Part shown: piece after piece, positions 1-10,488 of the stretch
Position numbering within the stretch: the first letter of the stretch is position 1
How the letters are laid out: each line of letters opens with the position of its first letter
Assembly (NCBI GenBank): GCA_905181585.1
Contig: CAJIYG010000003.1
Span: 78,702-142,701, forward strand
Direction: 5' to 3'
DNA from: an uncultured Flavobacteriales bacterium
Lineage (GTDB): Bacteria; Bacteroidota; Bacteroidia; Flavobacteriales; BACL11
Length of the DNA stretch: 64,000 bases
Notes under the pieces: generated by a model
Database searches by the model: none
Seen by the model: the letters and a program-made list of their open reading frames with translations, nothing else
What the model was told of the DNA's origin: nothing
Program-made: the position numbers and the translations under genes

Positions 1-456
1 AATTTACCTTTTTTATTATCAGATACCGTAGGCTTTATACGTAAATTACCACACCAGCTGGTAGAATCATTCAAGTCAACATTAGATGAGGTCAGAGAAT
101 CAGATTTATTAATTCATGTAGTTGATATTTCTAATCCAAACTTTGAAGATCAAATTAAGATAGTTAATAGCACAATTTCTGAAATTGGAGCAAGTGATAA
201 ACCTATGCTAATTATTTTTAATAAAATTGATGCTTATACTTTTATCAAAAAAGATGAAGACGATTTAACAGATGTTTTAAAGGAAAACTTATCTCTTGAG
301 GATTTAAAAAAGACTTGGATGGCTAATCTTGATTCAGAAAGCCTATTTATTTCAGCTCTTAATAAAACAAATTTTGAGGATCTTAGAGAGAGACTATATT
401 TAAGAGTTAAGGAGTTACACATCAAAAGATATCCTTATAATAATTTTCTCTATTAA
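1..456 (+). CDS. hflX: GTPase HflX, C-terminal portion (5' end lies outside the window)
   Basis: Frame 1 is open from base 1 and reads NLPFLLSDTVGFIRKLPHQLVESFKSTLDEVRESDLLIHVVDIS...MLIIFNKIDAY, which is the HflX G-domain including the NKxD motif. Stop codon at 454-456. Confidence 0.85.
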   Translation, partial: NLPFLLSDTVGFIRKLPHQLVESFKSTLDEVRESDLLIHVVDISNPNFEDQIKIVNSTISEIGASDKPMLIIFNKIDAYTFIKKDEDDLTDVLKENLSLEDLKKTWMANLDSESLFISALNKTNFEDLRERLYLRVKELHIKRYPYNNFLY

Positions 457-2273
457 GCTAGAAGCTGTAAGTCATATAGATTCTTATAGTGCTTGTTTTG
501 TTTAATTAGATCATGATGAGTTCCTGTTGCTATTATATTACCCTTTTCAATTACTATAATTTTATCAGCATCAATAATTGTTGATAGTCTATGTGCTATT
601 ACAAGTGTTGTTCTATTATTCATTAATTTTACAATAGCATCTTGAACTAATTTTTCTGATTCAGAATCAAGAGAGGAAGTTGCTTCATCTAGAATTAAAA
701 CTTCTGGGTTTTTCAGAATAGCTCTTGTAATACTAATTCTTTGCTTCTGACCACCTGAAAGTTTTTCTCCAAGATTTCCAATATTAGTTTGATATCCTTT
801 TTCACACTCAAGAATAAAGTCATGAGCATTTGCACTTTTAGCTGCTGCTATTATATCTTTTTCGCTAGCATCTAGATTTCCGATTTTGATATTATTTAAA
901 ATAGTGTCATTAAATAAAATAGATTCTTGATTTACAATCCCTATTAAAGATCTAAGAGATGTAATTTTTAATTTTTTAATATTTGTTTTATCTATTGTGA
1001 TTTCCCCACTTGTTAAATCATAAAACCTTCCTAAAAGGTCAGCAATCGTTGATTTTCCACTTCCAGACTTCCCCACTAAAGCAACTTTCTCTCCTTTTTT
1101 AATTGAAAATAAAATATTATTTAATATTTGCTTATTCTCATATTTAAAAGATGGAATGTTAATACTTATTTCTTGTTTTAGTTTATTAATTATTACTGCA
1201 TTTTTATCTTCTGTAATAGTGTTTTTAGCCTCAATTACTTCAAAAACTCTTTCAGATGCTGCGCTTCCCTTTTGAATGTAATAATATGAGCTAGTAAGTG
1301 ACTTAGCTGGAGGAATAATTTGTGAAAAAATTAGAATGTATGCAATAAATTCTTCCGCAGACAAAGTAGATTCTGCACTTAGAACAAGCTGACCTCCAAA
1401 CCACATAACAATAACCATAACAATTGTGCTTAGAAACTCACTCATTGGAGAGGCTAGATCTTTTTTTCTAAGTATCGTAGTCATTATATTTTTATACTCA
1501 CTGCTAGTAGAGTTGAATTTTTTATTAAATTCTTTTTCAGCATTAAATGATTTTATAATTTTAATTCCAAATAGATTTTCATCAATTAATGACATAATTT
1601 CACCCATCTTAGATTGCCCTTTCTTTGAGTCGTTTTTTAAGCTTTTTCCAATGTATCCAATTAGTATTCCTGCAATAGGAAATAAAATAACTACAAATAG
1701 AGTTAATTGAGGACTTATCACTATTAAGGTAACTAGAAAAATAAATATATTAACTGGATCTTTAAAAATCATCTCTATTACTCCCATTATTGACCATTCA
1801 ATTTCTACTAAATCTGATGTCATCCTTGAAGTTAGGTCTCCTTTTTTCTGTTCAGTAAAATATGCTAAAGGAAGAGAGGTGATTTTTTCTTGTAGCTCCA
1901 TTCTCATGTCATATATTATACCATTTCTAATAGGACTAAGAAAATAGAGGGCAATGTATCTAAATAGATTTTTGAGTAAAAACATAGCTAAAACAATTAG
2001 GCAAATAAGCATTAAAGCCTCAACCTTTCCCTTATCTTCAATTGTTGAAGATAAGAAGAGGTAAAAATTTTCTTTTATTGATAAAATAGAGAAATTAAGT
2101 TCTTGAGCTTCATAGACTTTTTCTTGAGTGCCAAAAAGAATTCCAAGAAAAGGAATAACCATTGTTAGTGAAAATAATGAAAATAGAATCGATAATATGT
2201 TAGAAAAAATATTAAATATAACATATGTGGTATATGGTTTTATATATTTTAGAATACGAAGCATATTACTCAT
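453..2273 (-). CDS. ABC transporter ATP-binding protein/permease (MsbA-like exporter)
   Basis: 606-aa ORF with an N-terminal multi-helix membrane domain, then Walker A GKSGSGKST, ABC signature LSGGQKQR and Walker B LILDEATSSLD. Confidence 0.85.
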   Translation of the reverse strand: MSNMLRILKYIKPYTTYVIFNIFSNILSILFSLFSLTMVIPFLGILFGTQEKVYEAQELNFSILSIKENFYLFLSSTIEDKGKVEALMLICLIVLAMFLLKNLFRYIALYFLSPIRNGIIYDMRMELQEKITSLPLAYFTEQKKGDLTSRMTSDLVEIEWSIMGVIEMIFKDPVNIFIFLVTLIVISPQLTLFVVILFPIAGILIGYIGKSLKNDSKKGQSKMGEIMSLIDENLFGIKIIKSFNAEKEFNKKFNSTSSEYKNIMTTILRKKDLASPMSEFLSTIVMVIVMWFGGQLVLSAESTLSAEEFIAYILIFSQIIPPAKSLTSSYYYIQKGSAASERVFEVIEAKNTITEDKNAVIINKLKQEISINIPSFKYENKQILNNILFSIKKGEKVALVGKSGSGKSTIADLLGRFYDLTSGEITIDKTNIKKLKITSLRSLIGIVNQESILFNDTILNNIKIGNLDASEKDIIAAAKSANAHDFILECEKGYQTNIGNLGEKLSGGQKQRISITRAILKNPEVLILDEATSSLDSESEKLVQDAIVKLMNNRTTLVIAHRLSTIIDADKIIVIEKGNIIATGTHHDLIKQNKHYKNLYDLQLLA

Positions 2274-2312
2274 AAGGCAAATATAACAAAGGATTGTTTA
2301 CTTTTGTTGTAT

Positions 2313-2651
2313 ATGGAATCAACAAGACAAAAAAAAGTTTCTAGATTAATTCAAAAGGAACTTTCTCAAATTTTCAGCAAAGAATCTAAGAACTTTATTG
2401 GCTCAGTTTTGTTAAGTGTTACATCAGTTAGAATATCACCTGATCTAGCATATGCCAATGTATTTCTTAGTATGTTTCCTGTTTTAGACACTGAAGACAC
2501 TATAAATAAAGTGAAAAGTCACAGTAAGTTAATACGCAAAAGTTTAGCCTTAGTTGTTAAAAATCAATTAAGAATTGTTCCGGAATTGAATTTTCATATA
2601 GATGATTCAGCTGATTATGCAGAAGAGATTGATAGACTATTAAAGAAATAG
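2313..2651 (+). CDS. rbfA: ribosome-binding factor A
   Basis: The ORF track starts at TTG 2304. The first ATG is at 2313 and gives MESTRQKKVSRLIQKELSQIF..., a typical RbfA N-terminus and size. Confidence 0.9.
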   Translation: MESTRQKKVSRLIQKELSQIFSKESKNFIGSVLLSVTSVRISPDLAYANVFLSMFPVLDTEDTINKVKSHSKLIRKSLALVVKNQLRIVPELNFHIDDSADYAEEIDRLLKK

Positions 2652-2658
2652 TTTATAA

Positions 2659-3869
2659 ATGAATTTATCTCTATTTATTGCTAAAAGATATTTTTTTTCA
2701 AAAAATAAAGTAAGTTCAGTAAATTTAGTGTCAAGGATATCCCAATTTGCTATTGCTATTGGAACTGCTGCATTAATTCTTGTTCTATCTGTTTTTAATG
2801 GTTTTGAGAAGTTAGTATTAGATATGTATAATGTTTTTGATCCTCATATTAAAATAACTTCCAACATTGGTAAAACATTTCATCAGGATTATGTTGTTAG
2901 TGAATTAGAGTTAAATGATGGTATTTCTGTATTTTCAAAAACATTAGAAGAAAAAGTTTTATTAAAGTATAATTCAAAAGAATATATAGCAACTATTAAA
3001 GGTGTAGATTCACTATATCAAGCAATAACTAATTTTGATTCTATTATTGTGGAAGGTGAATTACTTTACAAACTCAGACAAGTCTAACGTAGCTGTAGTT
3101 GGTAGAGGTGTTGCGTATCATTTGTCTTTAAGCCTTGGCTCTTTATTTGATCAGATAACTGTTTTATTACCTAATCGCAAGAAGAATAATTTGTTAAGTA
3201 TCGAAAATTCGTTTACTCAAAAAAATCTTATTCCTATAGGTGTCTTTGGAGTTCAGCAAGAAGTAGATTCTGAATACTTGATTTCACCTTTGCCGTTTGT
3301 TCAAGACCTCCTTAATAAAAACGAAATAGTCACTTCAATTGACATTCTTTTAAATGACGAGAAACAAGCAGAAAGAATAAAATTTGAGCTTCAAAAAAAG
3401 TTAGGGGAAGATTATAAAGTTCAAACTAGATTTGAGCAGCATAAATTTTTATATAAAATAATGAATAGTGAAAAACTAGCTGTTTTATTAATTCTCCTAT
3501 TTATTCTTATAATTTCTTCGTTTAATATCATTGGATCTTTAACTATGTTAATTACTGAGAAAAAATCTGCAATTCATCTCCTTCAAAGCGTAGGAATGAC
3601 AGAATAGCTCAATTAAGAGTGTCTTTTATTACAAAGGGTTTCTTACTGTTTTATCAGGAACAATTATTGGTTTGTTATTTGGTCTTGTTTTTGCTTTTTT
3701 ACAATTAAAATTTGGATTTATTACTATGGGTGAAGGAAGCTTTGTCATTAGTTCTTACCCTGTACTTATTAAAGCTTTAGATGTTGTTTTTGTATTTGGT
3801 ACAGTTATAATAGTAGGTTGCTTATCTGTAATAATTCCTGTGCGAAATATTAATCTTATAAAAGGCTAA
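2659..3869 (+). pseudogene. LolC/LolE-type FtsX-like ABC permease, interrupted by two frameshifts (near 3054-3060 and 3596-3603)
   Basis: Three consecutive ORFs (2659-3087, 3035-3607, 3672-3869) read as one roughly 400-aa permease. It runs from the N-terminal MNLSLFIAKRYFFSKNK...SRISQFAIAIGTAALILVLSVFNGFE to the C-terminal FtsX helices. The sequence continues without loss across each frame change (..IIVEG/NYFTNSDKSNVAVVGRG.. and ..SVGMT/NSSIKSVF..GFLTVLSGTIIG..). Confidence 0.8.
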
Positions 3870-4870
3870 AATTCAATTAACTGAAATTTCTCTCTTACAT
3901 TATTTAGAATACTTATGACTTCTTCCTTAGAATTAGATGTTACCATATTTGTCCTATACTCCTTGAAATTTGGAATTGCTCTAAAATAATTACTGTAGTG
4001 TCGCTTCATTTCAACTATACCCAATCTTTCCCCTTTCCATTCAATAGAGTGGTTTAAATGTTGTTTACACACCCTAACACGCTCTTCTATACCTGGCTTT
4101 GGTAGGTGTGAAGATGTTTTAAGAAAATGTTTAATTTCATTAAATATCCAAGGATACCCTATAGCACCTCGACCAATCATAACTCCATCAATACCATATC
4201 TATTCTTAACTTCTTGAACCTTTTCTGGAGAATTAATATCGCCATTACCAAAAACAGGTATTTTCATGCGAGGATTATTTTTCACATCACCTATTAAAGT
4301 CCAATCAGCCTCTCCTTTATACATTTGTTTTCGTGTTCTTCCGTGAATTGAAATAGCTTGTATGCCAATATCTTGTAATCTTTCGGCGACCTCTACAATA
4401 TATTTTGTCTCCTCATCCCACCCAAGTCTAGTTTTAACAGTAACTGGAATTGATGTTGAATTGACTATCTCTTTTGTCATGGCAATCATTTTTGGAATAT
4501 CTTTGAGTATTCCTGCTCCAGCACCTTTATTTGCAACTTTTTTAACTGGACATCCATAATTTATATCAATAAATTCAGGTTTTTCCTTAGCACAAATTTC
4601 TGTGGCTAAACGCATTGACGCAATATCATTACCAAATATTTGGATACCTATAGGTCTTTCAAAATCATAAATATCTAATTTCTGTGTGCTTTTAAAGGCA
4701 TCTCTTATTAATCCTTCAGATGAAATAAACTCAGTATACATAACATCCGCACCATTTTCTTTGCATAAAGCTCGAAATGGAGGGTCACTTACATCTTCCA
4801 TTGGAGCTAATAAAAGCGGGAATTCTCCTATATCTATATTTCCTATCTTTACACTCATAATTGTTTGCAA
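3866..4870 (-). CDS. dusB: tRNA-dihydrouridine synthase (DusB-like)
   Basis: 334 aa. The N-terminal motif LLLAPMEDVSDPPFRALCKENGADVMYTEFISSEG and the TIM-barrel FMN-site pattern are typical of the Dus family. Confidence 0.85.
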   Translation of the reverse strand: MQTIMSVKIGNIDIGEFPLLLAPMEDVSDPPFRALCKENGADVMYTEFISSEGLIRDAFKSTQKLDIYDFERPIGIQIFGNDIASMRLATEICAKEKPEFIDINYGCPVKKVANKGAGAGILKDIPKMIAMTKEIVNSTSIPVTVKTRLGWDEETKYIVEVAERLQDIGIQAISIHGRTRKQMYKGEADWTLIGDVKNNPRMKIPVFGNGDINSPEKVQEVKNRYGIDGVMIGRGAIGYPWIFNEIKHFLKTSSHLPKPGIEERVRVCKQHLNHSIEWKGERLGIVEMKRHYSNYFRAIPNFKEYRTNMVTSNSKEEVISILNNVREKFQLIEF

Positions 4871-4882
4871 AAATACTAATAT

Positions 4883-5779
4883 ATGATTTTAAAAAAATTC
4901 TTAAGTGATAATATATTGTCTAGACAAATTATAACTTATTTTTTTATCACATTAGTTTCTTTTATAGTTTTTACACTTTTATCTATTTTCCTTTTACCTA
5001 TTTTCTTTAATATTGAATATTCTTCACTTTCAATTATTATCGATAATTATTCTAATCAATCTACTATTAATGCTTTAAAGTTTATGCAACTTTTTAGCTG
5101 TGTAGGTCTTTTTATAGCCCCACCTTTTCTTTATGCTTATTTATCGGGAGAAAACATTTTTTTAAATATTAAAATAAGTAGACAAGTAATTATTTTAGTT
5201 ATAGCTATAATGATTTTAATTAATCCATTTGTAAGTTTTACCTATTTTCTAAATCAAAGTATAGGGATTCCTGAATGGCTAACAAAATATGATCAAACTG
5301 CTTATTTAGTTACTAAAGCTTTTTTAGTTATGAATTCACCAATTGATTTGATAATCAATTTATTAATATTAGCTGTCTTGCCAGCTATTGGAGAAGAGCT
5401 AGTATTTAGAGGTTTTTTACAAAAAAAAATAATTAGTTTTTCTAATAAACCTTATTTAGCAATTCTTTTCACTGCTTTTTTATTTAGTATTATTCACATG
5501 CAGTTTGAGGGAGTTCTACCAAGATTTATTCTGGGTTCTGTTTTGGGGTTTTTGTTTTATTTTTCATCAAATATTTGGATCCCAATTATTGCGCATTTTA
5601 TCAATAATTCTTTAATTGTTATTCTTAGTTACCCAGCTTTAAATAATAAAATCAGCTTTGACATACTTAATTTAGAAAATTTTATAAGATGGGATCAGGC
5701 AGCTTTAAGCCTAATTGCCGTATCAGTATTGTTTTATCTCTTTAAGAAAAAAATTGATTTAGAAAAGAAGGGTGTCTAG
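4883..5779 (+). CDS. CPBP family intramembrane glutamic endopeptidase (CAAX protease-like)
   Basis: Polytopic membrane ORF carrying the CPBP motifs EELVFRG, FSIIHM and HFINN. Confidence 0.8.
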   Translation: MILKKFLSDNILSRQIITYFFITLVSFIVFTLLSIFLLPIFFNIEYSSLSIIIDNYSNQSTINALKFMQLFSCVGLFIAPPFLYAYLSGENIFLNIKISRQVIILVIAIMILINPFVSFTYFLNQSIGIPEWLTKYDQTAYLVTKAFLVMNSPIDLIINLLILAVLPAIGEELVFRGFLQKKIISFSNKPYLAILFTAFLFSIIHMQFEGVLPRFILGSVLGFLFYFSSNIWIPIIAHFINNSLIVILSYPALNNKISFDILNLENFIRWDQAALSLIAVSVLFYLFKKKIDLEKKGV

Positions 5780-6243
5780 TAGATCCCTTTTCTAGTGGAA
5801 TAATTTATCTTTAAGGCATTAGCCTTTCTAAGCTCTTGCTTAACGTCTGTTATAATTCCCATTTTAACAGTTTCATCAGCCTTTATTGAGGTGGTCATAT
5901 AAGGAATTTCTTTTTCGTCTTTTGCCTCTCTTTCTGTAGCAATAAATTCTTGAATTTCATTTACATCTGCAAATGCATCATTAAGTTGGATTCTTGCTGC
6001 TGTACCATAAGAGTTTTGCATTCTTTTAACAGGAGATCCTATATATACATAGCTTACTAAAGATTTTTTCTCCATTTTCTTTATTTCTGTTGCTTTTGGT
6101 GTTACAACGCTAACAAATAATGTAGTCTCTCTCATGACTGTAGTTACCATAAAAAAGAATAAAAGCATAAAAACAATATCTGGTAGTGATGCAGTTGATA
6201 TTGCGGGCATTCCCTTACTTCCGTTTTTTTTAAATTTACTCAT
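5776..6243 (-). CDS. exbD: biopolymer transporter ExbD/TolR
   Basis: 155 aa with N-terminal LPDIVFMLLFFFMV, the ExbD anchor helix. It is the last gene of the exbB cluster, and its start overlaps the upstream stop (TAATG). Confidence 0.85.
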   Translation of the reverse strand: MSKFKKNGSKGMPAISTASLPDIVFMLLFFFMVTTVMRETTLFVSVVTPKATEIKKMEKKSLVSYVYIGSPVKRMQNSYGTAARIQLNDAFADVNEIQEFIATEREAKDEKEIPYMTTSIKADETVKMGIITDVKQELRKANALKINYSTRKGIY

Positions 6244-6794
6244 TATGAATCTCCTCCGATATTTTTTGGTTCAGCCTCAGATATTTTTTGAGGAAATAAT
6301 TTTTTAATTTCTTTTTGTTGGGTTTTATTTAAGTCTATAAATCGTTCGCCAAATTTTCTTAAAGCATTTTCATTTCTTAATTCGTTATATGCAGAGGCTA
6401 ACTCATTTTGCACTCTTATATATGTCTTATAAGCAGTTCCTCTATCATTTTGTAATGAGATGATTGCTTTTTCAGGGTTTTCTGAAAGATCTTCTCTAAT
6501 TCCATTATTATTAATAAATCTTTTTGCTCCTTCTTTAAGCTGAGAAATATCCATTAGCTCACCCTCAACTAGAAGTTGATTATTTGAGTTTATTAGAACA
6601 ACATATATATTTCTAGCATTAATTTGAGAATCATCTTCTGGCTGATCTTCCTCAGGCATAGGAGGTAATTTTCTGGAGATTCCAGTATCAACATCCATAG
6701 TAGTTGTAACTAAGAAAAATATTAATAAAAGAAAAGCTATATCCGCCATTGATCCAGCATTGATTTCAGGAAGCCCTCTTCTTTTACTTGCCAT
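6243..6794 (-). CDS. exbD: biopolymer transporter ExbD/TolR (second copy)
   Basis: 183 aa with INAGSMADIAFLLLIFFLVTT, the ExbD signature helix, followed by a periplasmic domain. Confidence 0.85.
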   Translation of the reverse strand: MASKRRGLPEINAGSMADIAFLLLIFFLVTTTMDVDTGISRKLPPMPEEDQPEDDSQINARNIYVVLINSNNQLLVEGELMDISQLKEGAKRFINNNGIREDLSENPEKAIISLQNDRGTAYKTYIRVQNELASAYNELRNENALRKFGERFIDLNKTQQKEIKKLFPQKISEAEPKNIGGDS

Positions 6795-7123
6795 TATTTT
6801 TTAAAAGCTTTTGAAAGTTCTGCAAATAAAACTGAAGCAATTGCTGCTGCAGCAAGGATATAAAACATAACCAGACCCATACCCACATTTTTTGCTTGAG
6901 CAGAACTTATATCATATTTTTCATATGATGATAAAACATCTCCAGAGGCAATAATGTAAGAAATAATACACACAATTATCAGCCCTCCAATAGTGTATAA
7001 TGTCTTTTTAGCATTTTTAGTATTAGACAACATTTTTTTTAAGCCGAATAAAATCGTTGTCAAAGTAGCGGCACCTATCATGACATAAGTTAAAATAATT
7101 CCGATATTGATTAAGCTATCCAT
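6794..7123 (-). CDS. small integral membrane protein encoded between exbB and exbD (function unknown)
   Basis: 109-aa ORF with three hydrophobic segments. It is tightly coupled on both sides: a 2-nt gap to the exbB stop and a TAATG overlap with the exbD start. Confidence 0.5.
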   Translation of the reverse strand: MDSLINIGIILTYVMIGAATLTTILFGLKKMLSNTKNAKKTLYTIGGLIIVCIISYIIASGDVLSSYEKYDISSAQAKNVGMGLVMFYILAAAAIASVLFAELSKAFKK

Positions 7124-7125
7124 AT

Positions 7126-7944
7126 TTATTTATTTTTAACTAATAAATCAATTAAAGATATTGAAGCGTCTTCCATAGAGTTAGTGATAGAGTCTACTTT
7201 TGCTATAAGGTAGTTGTAAAATATTTGAAGTATCATAGCAACAATTAATCCAAAAACAGTTGTAAGTAGTGCAACCTTAATTCCCCCAGCTACAAGTGAA
7301 GGAGAAATATCTCCAGCAGCTTCAATAGCATCAAATGCACCAATCATACCAATAACAGTACCCATAAACCCTAGCATTGGAGCTAAAGCAATAAATAATG
7401 AAATCCATGATAAACCTTTTTCTAGAAGTCCCATTTGAACACTTCCGTAAGCAATGATCGATTTCTCTACCATATCAACTCCTTCATCTGATCTATCTAG
7501 CCCTTGATAAAATATAGAAGCAACGGGTCCTTTAGTATTTCTGCAAACTTCTTTTGCAGCATCTACACCTCCGTTATTCATTGCACTTTCAACATCATTA
7601 AGAAGTTTGTCAGTATCTGTAGTAGCCATGTTTAGATAGATAATACGTTCTATTGCCAAAGCAAGACCTAAAATTAAACATAGAAGAACAATACCCATAA
7701 ATCCAGGACCTCCTTCAATAAATTTTTGTTTAATAATTTGGTGAAATGATGCAGCCTCTGCACTTTCAACTTCACTCATTACATTTTCAACTTCACTAAC
7801 TTCTTCTTCATTTAAGTTTTCTGCTGATTCCATTTCAGTTGATTCAGTTACAATTGAATCGCTACTTTGAGAGAAGGCATTATTATTTAAAAAAACTAAG
7901 AAACTAAATAGTGTTATTAATGTGAATAAATTTTTCATTTTCAT
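7126..7944 (-). CDS. exbB: MotA/TolQ/ExbB proton-channel protein
   Basis: 272 aa with a signal peptide, an acidic Ser/Glu-rich linker and then the MotA/ExbB core (..LAPMLGFMGTVIGMIGAF..). Confidence 0.9.
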   Translation of the reverse strand: MKMKNLFTLITLFSFLVFLNNNAFSQSSDSIVTESTEMESAENLNEEEVSEVENVMSEVESAEAASFHQIIKQKFIEGGPGFMGIVLLCLILGLALAIERIIYLNMATTDTDKLLNDVESAMNNGGVDAAKEVCRNTKGPVASIFYQGLDRSDEGVDMVEKSIIAYGSVQMGLLEKGLSWISLFIALAPMLGFMGTVIGMIGAFDAIEAAGDISPSLVAGGIKVALLTTVFGLIVAMILQIFYNYLIAKVDSITNSMEDASISLIDLLVKNK

Positions 7945-7965
7945 TTTTGTTTAATTTTAGATTGG

Positions 7966-7973
7966 CAAATTTA
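7966..7973 (-). promoter_or_regulatory. Bacteroidota-type -7 promoter box TAAATTTG upstream of exbB
   Basis: The reverse complement of caaattta matches the TAnnTTTG consensus, 21 nt upstream of the exbB ATG. Confidence 0.45.
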
Positions 7974-7981
7974 AAAAAATA

Positions 7982-8580
7982 TTATAAAGCTTCTAAATAT
8001 AGCTCGTTAACTTTATCCCAATTTATAACATTAAAAAATGCATTAATATAATCAGGCCTTTTATTTTGATAATTTAGGTAATAAGCATGCTCCCAAACAT
8101 CAAGGCATAAAATAGGAGTTCCTCCACATCCTTCTTGCATAAGAGGGTTGTCTTGGTTTGCTGTAGAACAGATAGAAAGTTTTCCATTACTAACACATAG
8201 CCATGACCATCCAGATCCAAACCTTGTTGCAGCAGCTTTTGAAAAATCACTTTTAAAAGATTCAAAATCTCCAAATGTATTATTTATTGCAGCTCCAAGT
8301 TTATTTTCTGGCAATCCACCTCCATTAGGAGACATAATCTCCCAAAATAGTCTGTGATTAAAATAACCTCCACCATTATTTCTTACAGCTGGACTTAATG
8401 AAGGAGTTTTACAAATCTCTTCAATACTTTTCCCTTCAAGTCGCTTCCAGCTATTGCGTTATTTAGATTATTGGTATAGCCCTGGTGATGCTTTGAGTGA
8501 TGGATTTCCATAGTTTTTGCATCAATATTTGGTTCTAGTGCGTTATATGCATATTGTAGTTGTGGTAATTCAAATGCCAT
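7982..8580 (-). pseudogene. sodA: Fe/Mn superoxide dismutase, interrupted by one frameshift (near 8432-8440)
   Basis: ORF 8395-8580 gives [35 protein letters not shown].. ORF 7982-8335 ends ..[19 protein letters not shown].. In the second frame the sequence continues upstream as [36 protein letters not shown], so a single base is gained or lost around ttgaaggg. Confidence 0.9.
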
Positions 8581-8596
8581 GATATTTAATTTTAAT

Positions 8597-9430
8597 TTAT
8601 AATAATTCTTGCCAAGCTTTCTGTGTTTCTCCTTCTGAGATTAATTCTTTTGCTAAAATATGTTTTTCTTCGGTGTTTTTCTCATTAGTAGCTGTGTTTT
8701 TTTTGTTTGGAATCTCCTCTACTGAAGCTAATGTGGCTAAGTCTGCACCACTAAGAATTTTAGAATTTTTGATTTCTAAGGGCAAATTGTCAATTCCAAC
8801 ACCAATTTTGGAAATTGGTTTAGACATTTTATAGAGGCTTTCTTCATTTGTTTTTCCATACCAGCTTCCTCCAAGTCTAGATACAATTTTTAATTTTAAA
8901 GGATCAATATTATTTTCGCTATCAAATAATTTTTCATCAATATGTATTTTTAAAACTTCACATATAACTAAATTCCCAGAACCCCCTTCTTGACCAAGTT
9001 CAACTATGTCATTCACCTTACATTCAAAATTTATGGGAGAATCTTTTATTAAAGACGGTTTAACTAAGGATGCTAAATGTTTCGATAGTCCTGCCTTCTT
9101 AAATTCATCTTCTTCAGATGGAAAATTACTTGAAGCCAAAGATACCTGCTGAGCAATATCTTCAGTTACCAGACCTATAACACACTCTTTATTTTTAGAA
9201 ATATTTATTAATGTATCTTTTTTTGTATTATCTATTGTTCTATTAACCGGAGAAAAAATTAATATTGGAGGTCTTATGGAAAAAACATTAAAAAAGGAAT
9301 ATGGACTTAAGTTGCTCATTCCATTTTCACTTATTGTACTTACTAGAGCAATAGGTCTTGGTGTAACTGCAGAGGTTAAATATTGATATAGTTCTTTTGT
9401 TTTTAAAGTTTTAATATCTATTTCCTTCAT
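8597..9430 (-). CDS. flavin reductase-like (FMN-binding split-barrel) domain protein
   Basis: 277 aa. The segment [35 protein letters not shown] is characteristic of the flavin reductase-like domain. Confidence 0.7.
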   Translation of the reverse strand: MKEIDIKTLKTKELYQYLTSAVTPRPIALVSTISENGMSNLSPYSFFNVFSIRPPILIFSPVNRTIDNTKKDTLINISKNKECVIGLVTEDIAQQVSLASSNFPSEEDEFKKAGLSKHLASLVKPSLIKDSPINFECKVNDIVELGQEGGSGNLVICEVLKIHIDEKLFDSENNIDPLKLKIVSRLGGSWYGKTNEESLYKMSKPISKIGVGIDNLPLEIKNSKILSGADLATLASVEEIPNKKNTATNEKNTEEKHILAKELISEGETQKAWQELL

Positions 9431-9443
9431 ATTTAATATTAGT

Positions 9444-10391
9444 TTATTTACTAATTATTTTATTTTCAATCTTGCCCAGCTGATCAATTTTCATACAAAC
9501 GATATCACCATCTTTTAACCATTTTTCACTATAGCTAGTATCAGCTAGCTTGTTTGTTCCATTGATTTCTAGAAGACATCCCGTTCCAACAGTTCCCGAA
9601 CCAATTATATCTCCTGGAAATAATTTCACTCCGTATGATATTCTTTCAATAATTTGCTCAAATGACCAATGCATTTCTTTTGTATTTCCAGAAGACAATA
9701 GCTCGTCATTTAAATAACAACGCATTTCTAAATCAAATTTTGTTCCAAGTTCATTCTTGGAAACTATATTCTTTTCTAACTCATCAGGGGTGGTTAAATA
9801 TGGTCCTAAAACTGATGCAAAATCTTTTCCTTTTGCTGGCCCTAAATTTAGTTTCATCTCTTTCATTTGCATTCCTCTTGCACTCAAATCATTTAGTATC
9901 ATATATCCTGCAATATATTCGCTAGCATTTTTCACACTTATATTTTCTCCTTCTTTTCCGATAACTATTGCAAATTCAAGCTCATAGTCTAATTTATCAA
10001 AGTGTTCTGGCATGCACTTAATATCTTCATTTGTAGCGAAAATCGCATTATGATTGCTAAAATAAAAGACAGGAAAATCATCGAATTCTTTAATCATTCC
10101 GACCCCTCTATTTCTTCTAGATGTTTCAACATGTTGTTTAAAGGCATATGCGTCTCGAAATGAGTTAGGATTTGGAATAGGTGATTTTAAAGAAACTTGA
10201 TCTAAAGAAGTAAGTTTGTTGGAGTTTTTTTTAATAAACTCTTCAACTTTTGATTTCCAATTAACAATGGCAAGCAAGTTTTTAAGAGTTATTTCTCCAA
10301 AAAAATTATTTAAGTTTAATATTTTATTATCTAATAAAACACCAATTAAATCTTTTTTAGAATCATTTAAAGTGTAGGTGCAAAGTTTCAT
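9444..10391 (-). CDS. fumarylacetoacetate hydrolase (FAH) family protein
   Basis: 315 aa. C-terminal FAH-fold motifs are present (..GYMILNDLSAR.., ..LFPGDIIGSGTVGTGCLLE..). It is divergent from hmgA-hppD. Confidence 0.8.
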   Translation of the reverse strand: MKLCTYTLNDSKKDLIGVLLDNKILNLNNFFGEITLKNLLAIVNWKSKVEEFIKKNSNKLTSLDQVSLKSPIPNPNSFRDAYAFKQHVETSRRNRGVGMIKEFDDFPVFYFSNHNAIFATNEDIKCMPEHFDKLDYELEFAIVIGKEGENISVKNASEYIAGYMILNDLSARGMQMKEMKLNLGPAKGKDFASVLGPYLTTPDELEKNIVSKNELGTKFDLEMRCYLNDELLSSGNTKEMHWSFEQIIERISYGVKLFPGDIIGSGTVGTGCLLEINGTNKLADTSYSEKWLKDGDIVCMKIDQLGKIENKIISK

Positions 10392-10463
10392 AATAGTGCA
10401 AAGCTATGATTTTTAATTTTTTTCTATTAAAAATACATAATTTTGTTTCTTATAACTATATAT

Positions 10464-10471
10464 TATATTTG
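10464..10471 (+). promoter_or_regulatory. -7 promoter box TATATTTG upstream of hmgA
   Basis: Matches TAnnTTTG, 17 nt upstream of the ATG at 10489. Confidence 0.45.
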
Positions 10472-10488
10472 CGTAAATAATTTATCAT

